A stretch of DNA of 64,000 nucleotides from Candidatus Krumholzibacteriia bacterium. GTDB taxonomy: Bacteria > Krumholzibacteriota > Krumholzibacteriia > JAJRXK01. Positions 49,707 to 59,817 of the stretch are shown here, in pieces. The DNA lies in the NCBI GenBank assembly GCA_041484665.1, contig JBGPIA010000001.1:960001-1024000 (forward strand), in the 5' to 3' direction. The translations under genes and the position numbers were made by a program. Every line of letters begins with the position of its first letter. The stretch's first letter is position 1. The notes beneath the pieces were generated by a model that worked only from the letters and a program-made list of their open reading frames with translations, was not told the DNA's origin and did no database searches.

Positions 49707-51056
49707 ATGTTCATGCGAGGAGGGCACTCGGGGCGCGCTCTGGTGGCCAGCGGGGCGATGATCCTCGGCCTGGCCATGGCCGCCGGATCGTCGGCGCAGA
49801 ACATGTTCTATCGCGAGGCGGAGAAGAATGGCCGGATCTACGTCTTCGCCCTGATGGCAGAGTTCCAGAACTTCGAAAAGACCGGTGAGATGGGCAAGTC
49901 GATGACCCGCCTGGGCTACGGACCCGGCGGGGAGACCGTGGTGTTCGACGGTCCCGATGCGATCAACTTCTACAATTTCAAGCACGGCAGGCCGGGGGAG
50001 GTCTTCCCGCAGCCGGTGGAGGCCCCCAAGCCCGCAGACACCTTCTCGGTCAAGGTTGGCGGGACCATCTTCACCGATTTCACCTTCACCGACGCTCCCA
50101 AGGCCACCGACGCCGACGGCAACGGCATCCGCAAGAGCGAGTTCGAGGCTCGCCGCGCCTATATCAATGTGACGGGCTCGGTCTCGGATCTGATCGGCTT
50201 CCGGATCACGCCGGACGTGGCCTCGCGGCAGGCCACCACTGCCTCCGGTCTGCCCAGCGGCGCCACGGTCGCCGGCAACCTCGACGGGAGCCTGACGACC
50301 CGCCTCAAGTACGGCTACGGGCAGCTCAACCTGGACCGCTTCGTCACCAAGGGCTCGTGGGCGCGGATCGGCCAGCAGCAGACGCCGTACGTCGACTACA
50401 TGGAGGGCATCTACCGGTATCGTTTCCAGGGGTCCATCTTCGTGGACCGTGAAGGCTTCCTGAGCTCGTCGGACGTCGGTCTCTCCGCGCGCTACGCGTT
50501 CCCGCACGACTATGGCGACGTCCACGCCGGCGTCTACAACGGCGACACCTACAGCAAGGCCGAAGCCAACGACCAGAAGGCGTTCCAGGTCCGGGGCTCG
50601 TTGCGCCCGCTCCCGAAGACGACGGTCCTCAGCGGCCTGCGGCTGGCCGCTTTCTACGACCTCGACCACCCGGTGAAGAGCGCCGACCGCAAGCGCTTCG
50701 TAGGGGCCGTGACCTTCGAGCACACGTACGTGAACGCGGGCTGCGAATTCCTGGACGCCAAGGACAACTCGAGCGCGACCAAGCCCGTGGTGGCTTCAGA
50801 CGGCTGGTCGGCGTGGGTGACGCCGCGCAGCAAGGTCGGCCTCGAGGGGCTCTTCCGCTACGACAGCCTCAAGCCGAACAAGGATGTGGACGCGCGGAAG
50901 AAGCGCGCTCTCGTGGGCCTCGCGTATTGGTTCAAGGTGCAGAAGTCGCCCCTGGCGGCAGCTCTGCTGGCGGACTACGAGCAGGTCGAGTACGACACCG
51001 CCCTAGCCAAGCCCAAGGAGAAGCGCTTCGAGCTGAAAGCTCTGTTCAACTTCTGA
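49707..51056 (+). CDS. Porin-like outer-membrane protein (possibly phosphate-selective) with extra N-terminal domain
   Basis: Signal peptide, FEARRAYINV, FRITPD, LKYGY, IGQQ, YRYRF, terminal Phe; start could be 49713. Confidence 0.75.
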   Translation: MFMRGGHSGRALVASGAMILGLAMAAGSSAQNMFYREAEKNGRIYVFALMAEFQNFEKTGEMGKSMTRLGYGPGGETVVFDGPDAINFYNFKHGRPGEVFPQPVEAPKPADTFSVKVGGTIFTDFTFTDAPKATDADGNGIRKSEFEARRAYINVTGSVSDLIGFRITPDVASRQATTASGLPSGATVAGNLDGSLTTRLKYGYGQLNLDRFVTKGSWARIGQQQTPYVDYMEGIYRYRFQGSIFVDREGFLSSSDVGLSARYAFPHDYGDVHAGVYNGDTYSKAEANDQKAFQVRGSLRPLPKTTVLSGLRLAAFYDLDHPVKSADRKRFVGAVTFEHTYVNAGCEFLDAKDNSSATKPVVASDGWSAWVTPRSKVGLEGLFRYDSLKPNKDVDARKKRALVGLAYWFKVQKSPLAAALLADYEQVEYDTALAKPKEKRFELKALFNF

Positions 51057-51115
51057 CGGTATCAGCGGGCAAGAAGCCTCGGCGGCTGGCACCGCACGGC
51101 GAGCTGCCCGCTCGA

Positions 51116-51265
51116 CGCCTGGGGGGCAGCGATCGGGCTGCGGGCGAGCTCTGGCACCTGCCGGTGAATGCGGCCGAGCCCACCCTCGCCACGGTCCAGC
51201 GTTTCGGCCGAGCGCCGGGCCGTGAGCCGGGCGTGACCCGGGTGCCGGTGTGGGCTCTGCGGCTC
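51116..51265 (+). pseudogene. Possible internal fragment of an NAD-dependent epimerase/atypical SDR gene
   Basis: LGGSDRAAGELWHLP...VTRVPVWALRL resembles the family's C-terminal region; no start codon or Rossmann motif. Confidence 0.4.
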
Positions 51266-52376
51266 AGGACCCCGTGTAGCGCAGCACCAGGCAGGTGAGG
51301 TCGTCCTCGTGGGGGGCGGGACCGGCGAATGACTCCACGGACGTCATCAAACGCTGCAACGCAGCGGCGGCGCCGGCATCCCGCATCGCGCGCAGCAGCT
51401 CCAGCAGCCGCGGCTCGCCGTAGTCCTCGCCGCGGTCGTCCTGCGCGTCGACCACGCCGTCGGTGAAGATCACCAGCAGATCGCCCGGAGACAGCATTAC
51501 GGTCCCGGACTCGTACCGCACATCGGCCTGGATTCCCAGCGGCAGGCCGCCCGCCTCGAGCCGGACGAGCTCGCCGCTGGCGCGGCGGAGGACCGGCGCG
51601 TTGTGGCCGGCATTGACGTAGGTGAGCGCGCCGCTTTCGACATCGAGCTCCGCGAGGACGGCCGTGGTGAAGCGGCGCCCGTCCATGCTGTGCTCGCAGC
51701 TGTAGCGGTTCAGTTGTCCAACCAGCTCGCGCAGCGGCAGGGGCTCGTACGTCAGCGTCCGCAGGCTCGCCTGGAAGGTGGCCATGAGCAGCGCGGCGGG
51801 CATGCTCTTGCCAGCCACGTCGGCGATCACGACGATCAGGGGCTGCGCCGCTTCCGGCGCGCCATCCGACGGGCGCAGGAACGCGTCGTAGTAATCGCCC
51901 GCCACGGTGTTGGCTGGGCGGGTCGTGAACGCGATGTCGACCCCGTGGATCTGCGGGACCGTCTGGGGCACCAGCCACTGCTGGATCTCGCGCGCGATCT
52001 GCAGATCGCGCTTCATCGTCACCCAGTCCGCGAGCTCCAGCACCAGCACGATGAGGACCATCACCGCACCGGCGAGGGCCCGTCCCGCGCTGCGGTCGCC
52101 CTGCCCCCAGAGAATCAAGACCAGCGCCACGAGCAGGAAGACCCGGCGCGCCGGCGAGAGCTTCATGAGCATCGCCCACGCCAGCGCCTTGACGGTGGTC
52201 AGCCACCGCCTCCAGCGCGGCTGCTCGGCAAGCTCTTCGTCCAGCTCCTGGGTGTAGACCCGGTAGCTGGCCCCCGCTTCCCTGCGGAACTGCACCCACA
52301 GCTCCCGCAGCGTGAGCCCTTCGGTCACGCGGTGCCAGAAGCCGCGCAGCCGCGTCCGCCGCCAGAAGCCCCTCAT
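51264..52376 (-). CDS. PP2C/SpoIIE (RsbU-like) phosphatase with two TM helices
   Basis: VAGDYYD, IADVAGKS, NAGH, FTDGV, DDLT; start could be 52385 or 52394. Confidence 0.9.
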   Translation of the reverse strand: MRGFWRRTRLRGFWHRVTEGLTLRELWVQFRREAGASYRVYTQELDEELAEQPRWRRWLTTVKALAWAMLMKLSPARRVFLLVALVLILWGQGDRSAGRALAGAVMVLIVLVLELADWVTMKRDLQIAREIQQWLVPQTVPQIHGVDIAFTTRPANTVAGDYYDAFLRPSDGAPEAAQPLIVVIADVAGKSMPAALLMATFQASLRTLTYEPLPLRELVGQLNRYSCEHSMDGRRFTTAVLAELDVESGALTYVNAGHNAPVLRRASGELVRLEAGGLPLGIQADVRYESGTVMLSPGDLLVIFTDGVVDAQDDRGEDYGEPRLLELLRAMRDAGAAAALQRLMTSVESFAGPAPHEDDLTCLVLRYTGS

Positions 52377-52452
52377 GCGCTCCATCGACCCCATCGACCC
52401 GCTCCCCACCGTCCCGGACCCGCAACCGGCGCCCGGCGGCGGGCGCTTGGGG

Positions 52453-54603
52453 CTAGTGCGCGGTCCCGATCCCCGTTGCGGCCTGCGCCCCGCTACTGGG
52501 CCCGACACTCGAACCGGTGACCTCGTCGGCCAGGGCCGCCATGCCGTAGATCTTGCGCAGTGCCTCCATCAGCCCGCGCGAGTCCACCGCCACACAGCGC
52601 GCCTGCTCGTCGGACCAGCCGAAATCCCAGATGAACGACTGGATGTTGCCGTCGAACACCAGCCCCACGTATTCGCCATCGCGGTCGAGCACCGGGCTCC
52701 CGGAATTGCCCCCGATGATGTCGTTGGTCGTGACGAAATCGAGGGGGGTCGTCAGATCGAGGTCCTTCACGGCGCCCGCGACGCGCGCCGGCAGCTCGAA
52801 TGGACGGCGGCCGCCGAAGCTCGCCGCCCGGTCGTAGAGCCCGTAGAACGTGGTCTTCCACGGCACGTCGGTCGTGAGCTGGGTGTAGCCAGCCACCTTG
52901 CCGTACGAGAGCCGCAGGCTGCCCGTTGCGTCGGGATAAACCGACTTGCCGTCGAGGGCGAAGCGCGCCAGGGCGATGCGAGTCCCCTCGAGCGTCTCCA
53001 CGCTCTCGACGTGGTCCTCGGTCCACGCGCGCAGCTCGCGGTAGGGCCCGTCGATGCGCTGTGCCCACTGGATCAAGGGATCGCTGGAGGCCGCCACCGC
53101 TTTGCGACCGCCATCCAGCAGAGTCCGGCGCTGCGCCACGTCGGCCAGCCGCGTGCCCGCGATCAGCTCGTGCGAGACCGCCTCTGGCGTGCGCCCTTGC
53201 AGCGCTGCTCGCACGAAAGCGTCGTCTTGACCCAGCTCCTTCAGGCACATCGCCAGATGGGCCGCCAGCATGTGCTCCTCGAGGGCGGGATAGATCGGGG
53301 CAGGGGACAGGAGCTGGAACCGCTGTGACTCGAGATTCGAATCGCGATACTCCCGGAACCGCTGCGCGTTGGGCTTCTCCACCTCGGCCGTCCAGCGCAC
53401 CAGGCCGTTGGCGACGTCCAGCAGCCGGCACACGCGCGTCAGGTCGCGGTACCGCTCCTGCCGGCTGCGCTGGGCCATCTCGCGCTGCGCCTGGGCGATG
53501 CGGTCCCAGGCATCGCCGCAGGCCAAAGCCAACGCCGGGTCCTTTGCCACGCGCGAACGCAGGGCGTCCTCTTCGGCGCGTTTGGTCGCGGCGAAGCGGG
53601 GGTCGCTGAGGATCTCGAGGAAGCCGCGCTCGCGCTTGAGGTTGTTCTCCAGGCTGCGGATGCGGTCCTGGGCCTGGCGCGCCTGCTCCGGGCCGGCTGC
53701 GGCGAACGCGCGGTAGGCCGCCAGCCGTTGCTCCTGGATGTGGATGCGAGCGGGCCGCTCGAACTCCCGCTCGTACTCGAGCCGGGCGAAGGTGAGTCTC
53801 CGCGCGGTGCGGCCGGGGTTCCCGGCCACGAACACCAGGTCCCCTTCCTGCACACCCTTCGCGCTCCAACGGATCCAGTGCTCGGGCCGCACGGGCTTGC
53901 CGTCGTCGTAGACGCGGAAGAACGCAAAATCGAGATCGTGCCGCGGATACGAGAAGTTGTCGGCGTCTCCGCCGTAGAACGCGGCCTGCTCCTCGGGAGC
54001 GCAGGCCAGCCGCACATCCTTGTACGTCCGGTAGCGGTACAGCCAGTACTCGCCGCCCTGGTAGAGCTCGACCACTTCTGACTTGAGCTTGGTGCGGACG
54101 GTGGACTCCTTTTCGATCCCGGCGATGGCGGCTTTGCGCAGGGCGTTCTGCCGGGCCACGGGCGCTTTGGGATCGATCGCCGCGCTGACCTTTGCGGTCA
54201 CATCCTCCATCGACCACAGCACCTTCAGCTCCAGGTCGGGACACCTCATCTCCTCGGCTTGCGTACGGGCGAAGAAGCCGTCGTGGACGTAATTGTGCTG
54301 CGGGCTGGAGACCTTCTGCAGCTGGCCGAGGGCGACGTGGTGGTTGGTGAGCACCAGCCCCTCCGGCGAGACGAACGCGCCGGATCCGCCGCCGAAGTTG
54401 ACGCACGCCTTCTGGACGTGCTCGATCCACTCGGGTGTAGGTGTGAATCCGTAACGCTCCTGCAGCTGCGCCAGCGGGAGGTTGTCGAAGGTCCACATCC
54501 CCTCGTCGGCGCGGGCTGCAACCGCGCCCAGCGCCAGCATCAGGACGGCAAGCGCGCCCAACGGCGCGGCGGCGGGGTAACGGGTCGCTCTCATGCGTTG
54601 CAT
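52453..54603 (-). CDS. S46 family dipeptidyl peptidase (Gly at the specificity position, DPP7-like)
   Basis: ADEGMW, TNHH, YPDATGSLR, DIIGGNSGSP, FDGN. Confidence 0.93.
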   Translation of the reverse strand: MQRMRATRYPAAAPLGALAVLMLALGAVAARADEGMWTFDNLPLAQLQERYGFTPTPEWIEHVQKACVNFGGGSGAFVSPEGLVLTNHHVALGQLQKVSSPQHNYVHDGFFARTQAEEMRCPDLELKVLWSMEDVTAKVSAAIDPKAPVARQNALRKAAIAGIEKESTVRTKLKSEVVELYQGGEYWLYRYRTYKDVRLACAPEEQAAFYGGDADNFSYPRHDLDFAFFRVYDDGKPVRPEHWIRWSAKGVQEGDLVFVAGNPGRTARRLTFARLEYEREFERPARIHIQEQRLAAYRAFAAAGPEQARQAQDRIRSLENNLKRERGFLEILSDPRFAATKRAEEDALRSRVAKDPALALACGDAWDRIAQAQREMAQRSRQERYRDLTRVCRLLDVANGLVRWTAEVEKPNAQRFREYRDSNLESQRFQLLSPAPIYPALEEHMLAAHLAMCLKELGQDDAFVRAALQGRTPEAVSHELIAGTRLADVAQRRTLLDGGRKAVAASSDPLIQWAQRIDGPYRELRAWTEDHVESVETLEGTRIALARFALDGKSVYPDATGSLRLSYGKVAGYTQLTTDVPWKTTFYGLYDRAASFGGRRPFELPARVAGAVKDLDLTTPLDFVTTNDIIGGNSGSPVLDRDGEYVGLVFDGNIQSFIWDFGWSDEQARCVAVDSRGLMEALRKIYGMAALADEVTGSSVGPSSGAQAATGIGTAH

Positions 54604-54731
54604 GTGCCCTCCAGATCGCGCGCCAGCTTGGCTGCGGGGTCGAGCGCCCGGCGGCCGGCGCGGGTCGTTCGGCCGCGCGCTCGCCAGGGCTGGCGCGGGG
54701 TTCAGGACGGTGGCCGGCTGGGGGCCGGCAC

Positions 54732-55535
54732 TCAATGGAAGATGTCCACGAAGAAATCGAGCATTGCCTTCCAGGAAAGACGGTCGGCCTCGGCGTTGTA
54801 AGCCAGCCCCTCCAGTCCGTGCGCGTCGGCGCCGGGGTTGGTGAAGCTGTGCTTTGCCTTGGCGAAGGACATGAACACGTAATCGGCCCCGGCGGCGTCC
54901 ATCTCCTTCAGGAATGCCTCGACGATGTCGTGGGTGACCATGGGATCCGCCGCGCCGTGGCAGATGAGCAGCCGGGCCTTCACCGCGCCGGGCTTGGCGG
55001 GCTCGATGGGGTTGAGGCTGCCGTGGAAGCTCACCACACCCTTGAGGTCGAGGCCCTGGCGCGCCATGTTCAGCACGACCCCACCCCCGAAGCAGTAGCC
55101 GATGGCGGCCAGGCGAGCCGCATCGGTGTGGGGGTCCTTCTTCAGCACGTCGAGGCCCGCCTCAAAGCGCGCCTTCGCGCCCGCCGGATCCTTGGACACC
55201 GCCATGGCGAACTGGCCAGCCTCGGCCGGGTGCTCGGTCGTTTGGCCGTCGCCGTACATGTCAGCCGCCAGGGCCACGTAACCGGCCTCGGCCAGCATGC
55301 GCGCGCGCTGCTTGGCGTAGTCGTTCAGCCCCCACCACTCGTGCACGACAATCACTCCGGGGCGCTTGCCCTTGACGGCGTCGTCGTAGAACAGATGGCC
55401 TTTGAGGTGCGCGCCGCCCGCCTCGTAGCTCACCGGTACGGATTGGACGGCGGCGCGAGCGGGTGCGGCGGAAAGGGCGAGCGAGAGCGAGGGGATCGTC
55501 AGGACCGTGAGGATCGACCTGGGAGGTCTGCGCAT
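54732..55535 (-). CDS. Dienelactone hydrolase family protein, secreted
   Basis: VHEWWG, GYCFGG, FHG, HGAAD, HSFT; AGGAG SD. Confidence 0.92.
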   Translation of the reverse strand: MRRPPRSILTVLTIPSLSLALSAAPARAAVQSVPVSYEAGGAHLKGHLFYDDAVKGKRPGVIVVHEWWGLNDYAKQRARMLAEAGYVALAADMYGDGQTTEHPAEAGQFAMAVSKDPAGAKARFEAGLDVLKKDPHTDAARLAAIGYCFGGGVVLNMARQGLDLKGVVSFHGSLNPIEPAKPGAVKARLLICHGAADPMVTHDIVEAFLKEMDAAGADYVFMSFAKAKHSFTNPGADAHGLEGLAYNAEADRLSWKAMLDFFVDIFH

Positions 55536-55609
55536 CGGTTCTCCTGCGGCGGGGGGTGCTGGCTTTGGACTCCATTCAATACCATGGATCCGGGAGCCGG
55601 GCAAACCAT

Positions 55610-55700
55610 CCCTCCCATCGAGGATGCGCAGACGCACATGTCCCGGCTGCGGGAGCGAGTACGACAGCGTGGTGCCGCTCTGGAGGGGATTCGCAGCGTG
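55610..55700 (-). pseudogene. Orphan fragment of an FlgD-Ig/T9SS-like C-terminal domain
   Basis: NPLQSGTTLSYSLPQPGHVRLRILDGRDG in an intergenic gap. Confidence 0.55.
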
Positions 55701-55707
55701 GGGCCGC

Positions 55708-56169
55708 TCAGTGCCCCGCCTGGCGCGTGAGCACGAGCGTGAGCTGCGCCGGGTCAGCCTGTCCGTCATTGTCGAAGTCGTACTCGGCGTCGGCCCCGCC
55801 CAGGCGCAGCGAATCGCCCGACAGCTGTACGCTGAACTGCCACGACCAGGGCATGCCGGTCGGCGTCACGCTCAGCACGCCGCCATCGAGCATCCAGGTG
55901 GCCGTGGTGATCTCCGGGCTGCCGCCCAACCGCGTGATGGTCAGCACGTAGGAGTTGTCCGCGCCGATCGTCAGCGTGGCCGTGGCGCTCGCCTCGATCA
56001 GATCGATCCTCACCGACGCGTTGATCCGGCTGCGATACTCGACCTGGGTGGCCTCCCAGTTGCCGATGATCCCGTTGCGCAGCGGAGCCGTGGTTTCCTC
56101 GTCGCTCCCGCACGCAGCCACGGCGACCACCAGCGCGGCCAGGACTCCATGACGCCATCCGGTCTGCAT
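55708..56169 (-). CDS. Lipocalin-like lipoprotein
   Basis: GGAGGT SD, VAA-C lipobox, IIGNW motif, beta-rich. Confidence 0.72.
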   Translation of the reverse strand: MQTGWRHGVLAALVVAVAACGSDEETTAPLRNGIIGNWEATQVEYRSRINASVRIDLIEASATATLTIGADNSYVLTITRLGGSPEITTATWMLDGGVLSVTPTGMPWSWQFSVQLSGDSLRLGGADAEYDFDNDGQADPAQLTLVLTRQAGH

Positions 56170-56369
56170 CCGCACCTCCGCGCGAAAAGACGCTCCCGCG
56201 CGCCTGCGGGCGCGCCGATCCTACCTCCTTTGCGCTGCGCCGCCCCAGCGAATTGCGCGCAATCCGCTGGATCACGCAGCAGCAGGACCTCACATTTCAA
56301 GAGCGCGCGGGCGATTGTGGTGCCGCGGTCCGGCCGGCGCTTGCGGCCCTGCACCGGACTCGCGCGCGG

Positions 56370-57695
56370 TCAGCTCCGTTCACCGTCCAGTGTCTCCTCC
56401 ACGGCCGGGCCTCCACCGGCCAGTCCTGCCGCGGGGTCCCCCATCGCCAGCTGCTGCGCGTGGATCAGCCGGCGCCCTTCTTCACGCAATGCGGGCAAGC
56501 GCCGCGAGAACGCGGCAGCGGCCACGAGGCAGATCGCGCCTCCCGCTCCCACGGTCGCCGGTGCGCCGATCCTCCCCGCGACGATGCCGGCCAGCAGCGC
56601 GCCCACGGGCGCCATCCCCAACATCGTCATCGAGTAGACTGCCATGACCCGCCCGCGCAGCCGATCGGGCGACATGCTCTGGATCAGGGTGTTCGTGGCA
56701 CCGATCTCGATCATCATGGCGAAGCCCACGATCACCAGGATCGCCACGGACAGGTGGATGGAGCGCGACAGCGCGAACAGGATGAGGGCCGCGCCGAAAC
56801 CGCCGGCGGAAACGACCACCCAGCGTCCCAGCCCGCGCACGCTCTGGCGCGCCGCCAACAGCAGCGCGCCTGCCAGCGCGCCGGCCCCCGATGCGCCCAT
56901 GAGCAGGCCGAGTCCGCGGGGTCCCCCGTGCAAGACCTTGTCCGCGAACACCGGCATCAGCACGCTGAACGGCATCCCTGTCACACTGACGGCGCCCAGC
57001 AAGATGAGCAGCGCGTGGATCGGCGCGTGACCGATGATGAAGCGGAAGCCTTCGGTCACGTGGGCCAGTGCCGAGCCCCCTCGCGCGGCCCTGCGCTGCG
57101 GCGGGATGCGCATCATGATCAGTCCGGCGATCACCGCGAGATAGCTGATGCCGTTGGTGAAGAAGCACCAACCCTCCCCAATGCTCGCCACCAGGATGCC
57201 CGCCACTGCCGGCCCGACGATGCGCGCGCCGTTGAACATCGACGAGTTCAGGGCGATGGCGTTCATCAAATCGGCCCTGCCCACCATGTCCATCAGGAAT
57301 GCCTGCCGGGTGGGGACGTCGATCGCGTTCACTGCGCCCAGCAACGTGGCAAGGGCGAAGATGTGCCAGATCCGCACCCACCCCGTCAGGGTGAGCAGTG
57401 CCAGCACCAGGGCCAGCGCCATCGAGGCCGTCTGGGTGACGATGACCACCCGGCGACGATCGTAACGGTCGGCCACGATCCCGCCGATCGGCGACACCAG
57501 GAACACGGGAAACTGCCCGGTGAACCCCACCAGCCCCAGCAGCACCGTAGAGCCTGTGAGCCGGTAGACCAGCCACGACTGCGCGATGCTCTGCATCCAC
57601 GTTCCGATCACGGAGATGAGCTGGCCGCCCAGGAACAACTGGAAATTGCGGTAGCGCAGGGCCCGGAAGGTCGCGGGGAATGGGATCGCGCTCAC
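56370..57695 (-). CDS. MFS transporter
   Basis: FRALRYRNF, GTWMQ, GIVADRYDRR, NAIALNS, RGRVM. Confidence 0.92.
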   Translation of the reverse strand: MSAIPFPATFRALRYRNFQLFLGGQLISVIGTWMQSIAQSWLVYRLTGSTVLLGLVGFTGQFPVFLVSPIGGIVADRYDRRRVVIVTQTASMALALVLALLTLTGWVRIWHIFALATLLGAVNAIDVPTRQAFLMDMVGRADLMNAIALNSSMFNGARIVGPAVAGILVASIGEGWCFFTNGISYLAVIAGLIMMRIPPQRRAARGGSALAHVTEGFRFIIGHAPIHALLILLGAVSVTGMPFSVLMPVFADKVLHGGPRGLGLLMGASGAGALAGALLLAARQSVRGLGRWVVVSAGGFGAALILFALSRSIHLSVAILVIVGFAMMIEIGATNTLIQSMSPDRLRGRVMAVYSMTMLGMAPVGALLAGIVAGRIGAPATVGAGGAICLVAAAAFSRRLPALREEGRRLIHAQQLAMGDPAAGLAGGGPAVEETLDGERS

Positions 57696-57732
57696 GGCAT
57701 CTGAAGGGACCGGCTGCGGGGTGGCCAGTGGC

Positions 57733-59307
57733 TCAGTTGTACGACTTCATCATCGACCAGACGTCCGGCAGCCGCTGCTTGAGGTTGCGGCACACGTAGA
57801 TCTTGAGGTTGTTCTCGTAGGGCATGCAGTAGCGGGTGCTGACGCTGTCGGCCACGACGACGCTCTCGAACTTCTCCTGCTTGTCCTTCAGCTCGCCCCC
57901 CAGAATCAACACCAAGTCACCGTTGTACTGGCGCGGTCCCCAGAGCCAGTAGCTGTTGTGACAGCCGATGCTCTTGGGGAGCCCGTACGCCGCGCCGAAG
58001 AAGTCGATGGCGGCGCAGCGGCCGTAGTTGTCGCCGAAGATCGCGCACTTCGCCCGATCCTGTGCAGGCAGCGCCTGGTAGACCCGCGCGACGGCCTTGG
58101 CCTTGTCCTCCCAACCGAACATGTCGGCGTAGTACTGCGGCAGCTCGGCCAGCTCCTTGCCCTCGGCCGTGGACGGCGCGATGCCCAGCGCCTGGGCGTA
58201 GCGGAGGTAGTTCGAAACCGGCAGGATGGGCAGCACCGCCGGCGCGAAGATCAGGCCCGCAGCGAGCAGGCACAGGTAGGCCGGCAAGAGCCAGCGGCGC
58301 CCGCGAGCCGAACACCAGCTCTCCAGCGCGACGCCGCCCGTGGCGAAGAGCATGGAGTAGCCGGGCGCCAGGTACTCGGCCTTGCTGTGCCGGTTGACGA
58401 CCAGGATCACGAACGCGGTCAGGTAGACGATGCCCAGCGGCCGGAGTTCCCGGGCACGCCGGGCGCCCAGGCAGAACACCAGCCCCGCGGCCCACAGCGG
58501 CAGCGTCACGGGGTTCTGCAGCCGAAGCTGACCGGTCAGAAACGAGAGAACGGAGAGCCCCGCGTACTTGGTGCCCGATGCGTTGCGCATGAACTCCAGA
58601 TGCGCCAGCCCGTGCCGCAGGTTCCAATATACGTAGGGCAGGAAGAGCAGCGCTGCGATCAGCCCCGCGATCCAGGGCCAGCGCGTGCGCAACCACTTGC
58701 GCTGCGGGGTCAGCACGAGCGCGGCAAAGATGCCCGCCGCCAGCCACAGCACGCTGATCTTGTTCAGCAGGCCCAGCCCCACGACCAGCCCGAGCAGGGG
58801 CCACAGCCGGGCCTCTCCGCTCTGGATCAGGCGCACGAGCAGGTAAGCCGCCGCGACCCACAGCAGCAGGTCGAAGCCGTTCATCGAGTAGATGGCGTCG
58901 ATGCCGAGGTGGATGAGTGACACGACGCTGCCCATGGCGGCCAGGGCCACGGCCCACCGGCCGCCGCCCAGCCGCCGTGCCAGCAGCCCGGTGAGCAGCA
59001 CCGTGGCGGCGCCGGCCAGCGCCGGCAGCAAGCGAACCGCGAACAACGAGTCGCAGAGCAGCGCCCGGGTGCCGGCCAACAGGTAGATCGAGAGCGGCGG
59101 CTGATCGACATAACCCAGGTCCAGGTGCTCGCTGCATGCGATGTAGTACAGCTCGTCGCGGAACCAGCCGTAGCCACCTCGGGCGTTCACCAGCAGGTGC
59201 AGCGCCAGTTTGAGCAGCACCAGGCCGAGCAGGATGGCCAGCGCGCCCTGCTGGCGCGCGCCCGCAGCTCCGTCGCTTCCCGCGGTTGGAGATCGCTCGG
59301 CCGTCAT
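57733..59307 (-). CDS. GT-C glycosyltransferase (PMT/ArnT-like)
   Basis: RDELYY, GYVDQPPL, GLGLLNK, many TM helices, periplasmic tail with NYG and HNSYWLWG. Confidence 0.88.
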   Translation of the reverse strand: MTAERSPTAGSDGAAGARQQGALAILLGLVLLKLALHLLVNARGGYGWFRDELYYIACSEHLDLGYVDQPPLSIYLLAGTRALLCDSLFAVRLLPALAGAATVLLTGLLARRLGGGRWAVALAAMGSVVSLIHLGIDAIYSMNGFDLLLWVAAAYLLVRLIQSGEARLWPLLGLVVGLGLLNKISVLWLAAGIFAALVLTPQRKWLRTRWPWIAGLIAALLFLPYVYWNLRHGLAHLEFMRNASGTKYAGLSVLSFLTGQLRLQNPVTLPLWAAGLVFCLGARRARELRPLGIVYLTAFVILVVNRHSKAEYLAPGYSMLFATGGVALESWCSARGRRWLLPAYLCLLAAGLIFAPAVLPILPVSNYLRYAQALGIAPSTAEGKELAELPQYYADMFGWEDKAKAVARVYQALPAQDRAKCAIFGDNYGRCAAIDFFGAAYGLPKSIGCHNSYWLWGPRQYNGDLVLILGGELKDKQEKFESVVVADSVSTRYCMPYENNLKIYVCRNLKQRLPDVWSMMKSYN

Positions 59308-59817
59308 GGGAGTGCGCACCGCCCGGGGGTGGGGGTTCAGTCGGATCTGGACCGGCGCGTCGGCCGGCCCCTGGGGTCCGCGCGAGGTGGCGCGTCACCC
59401 GGGGGACGACGCCCTGCGTGCGCGGCGCAATCCAGCGCCGCCGCCGGCATGGTACCGCCCCGAGTGCTGCGCTCTCCAGTGCATCGTCGGTCCCTCGACT
59501 ATCCCCGCCCGCGGGGCATCGCGCGTCTGGCACGGGTCCGACCGAGAACGGCCTCGACCGACCTGCGGAGCGCGCCATCACTCGCGGTGATCTTCCCCAT
59601 TGGACGGGGCATCATACCCCATCTTGAGCGCTCGCCGCGGCCCGCGCGGGCCGGCTGCCGCGCCGCCTCCCTGCTTGCAGCCGGGAGGCACTCGCCAACG
59701 GTCCCCAAGGGAACGGGCGCCGTGGAAAGCTGGGTTCGATGCCGCGCCTCGACAAGGGCGAAACCGGGTTCAACGTCACCCTCGCTGGACGCTCGGCGTG
59801 GGTGACCACCACGTAGG

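Noticed and set aside
59683..59775. tRNA-like GGTTCGAT and GGTTCAA motifs
   Set aside because: No consistent acceptor, D or anticodon arms could be built
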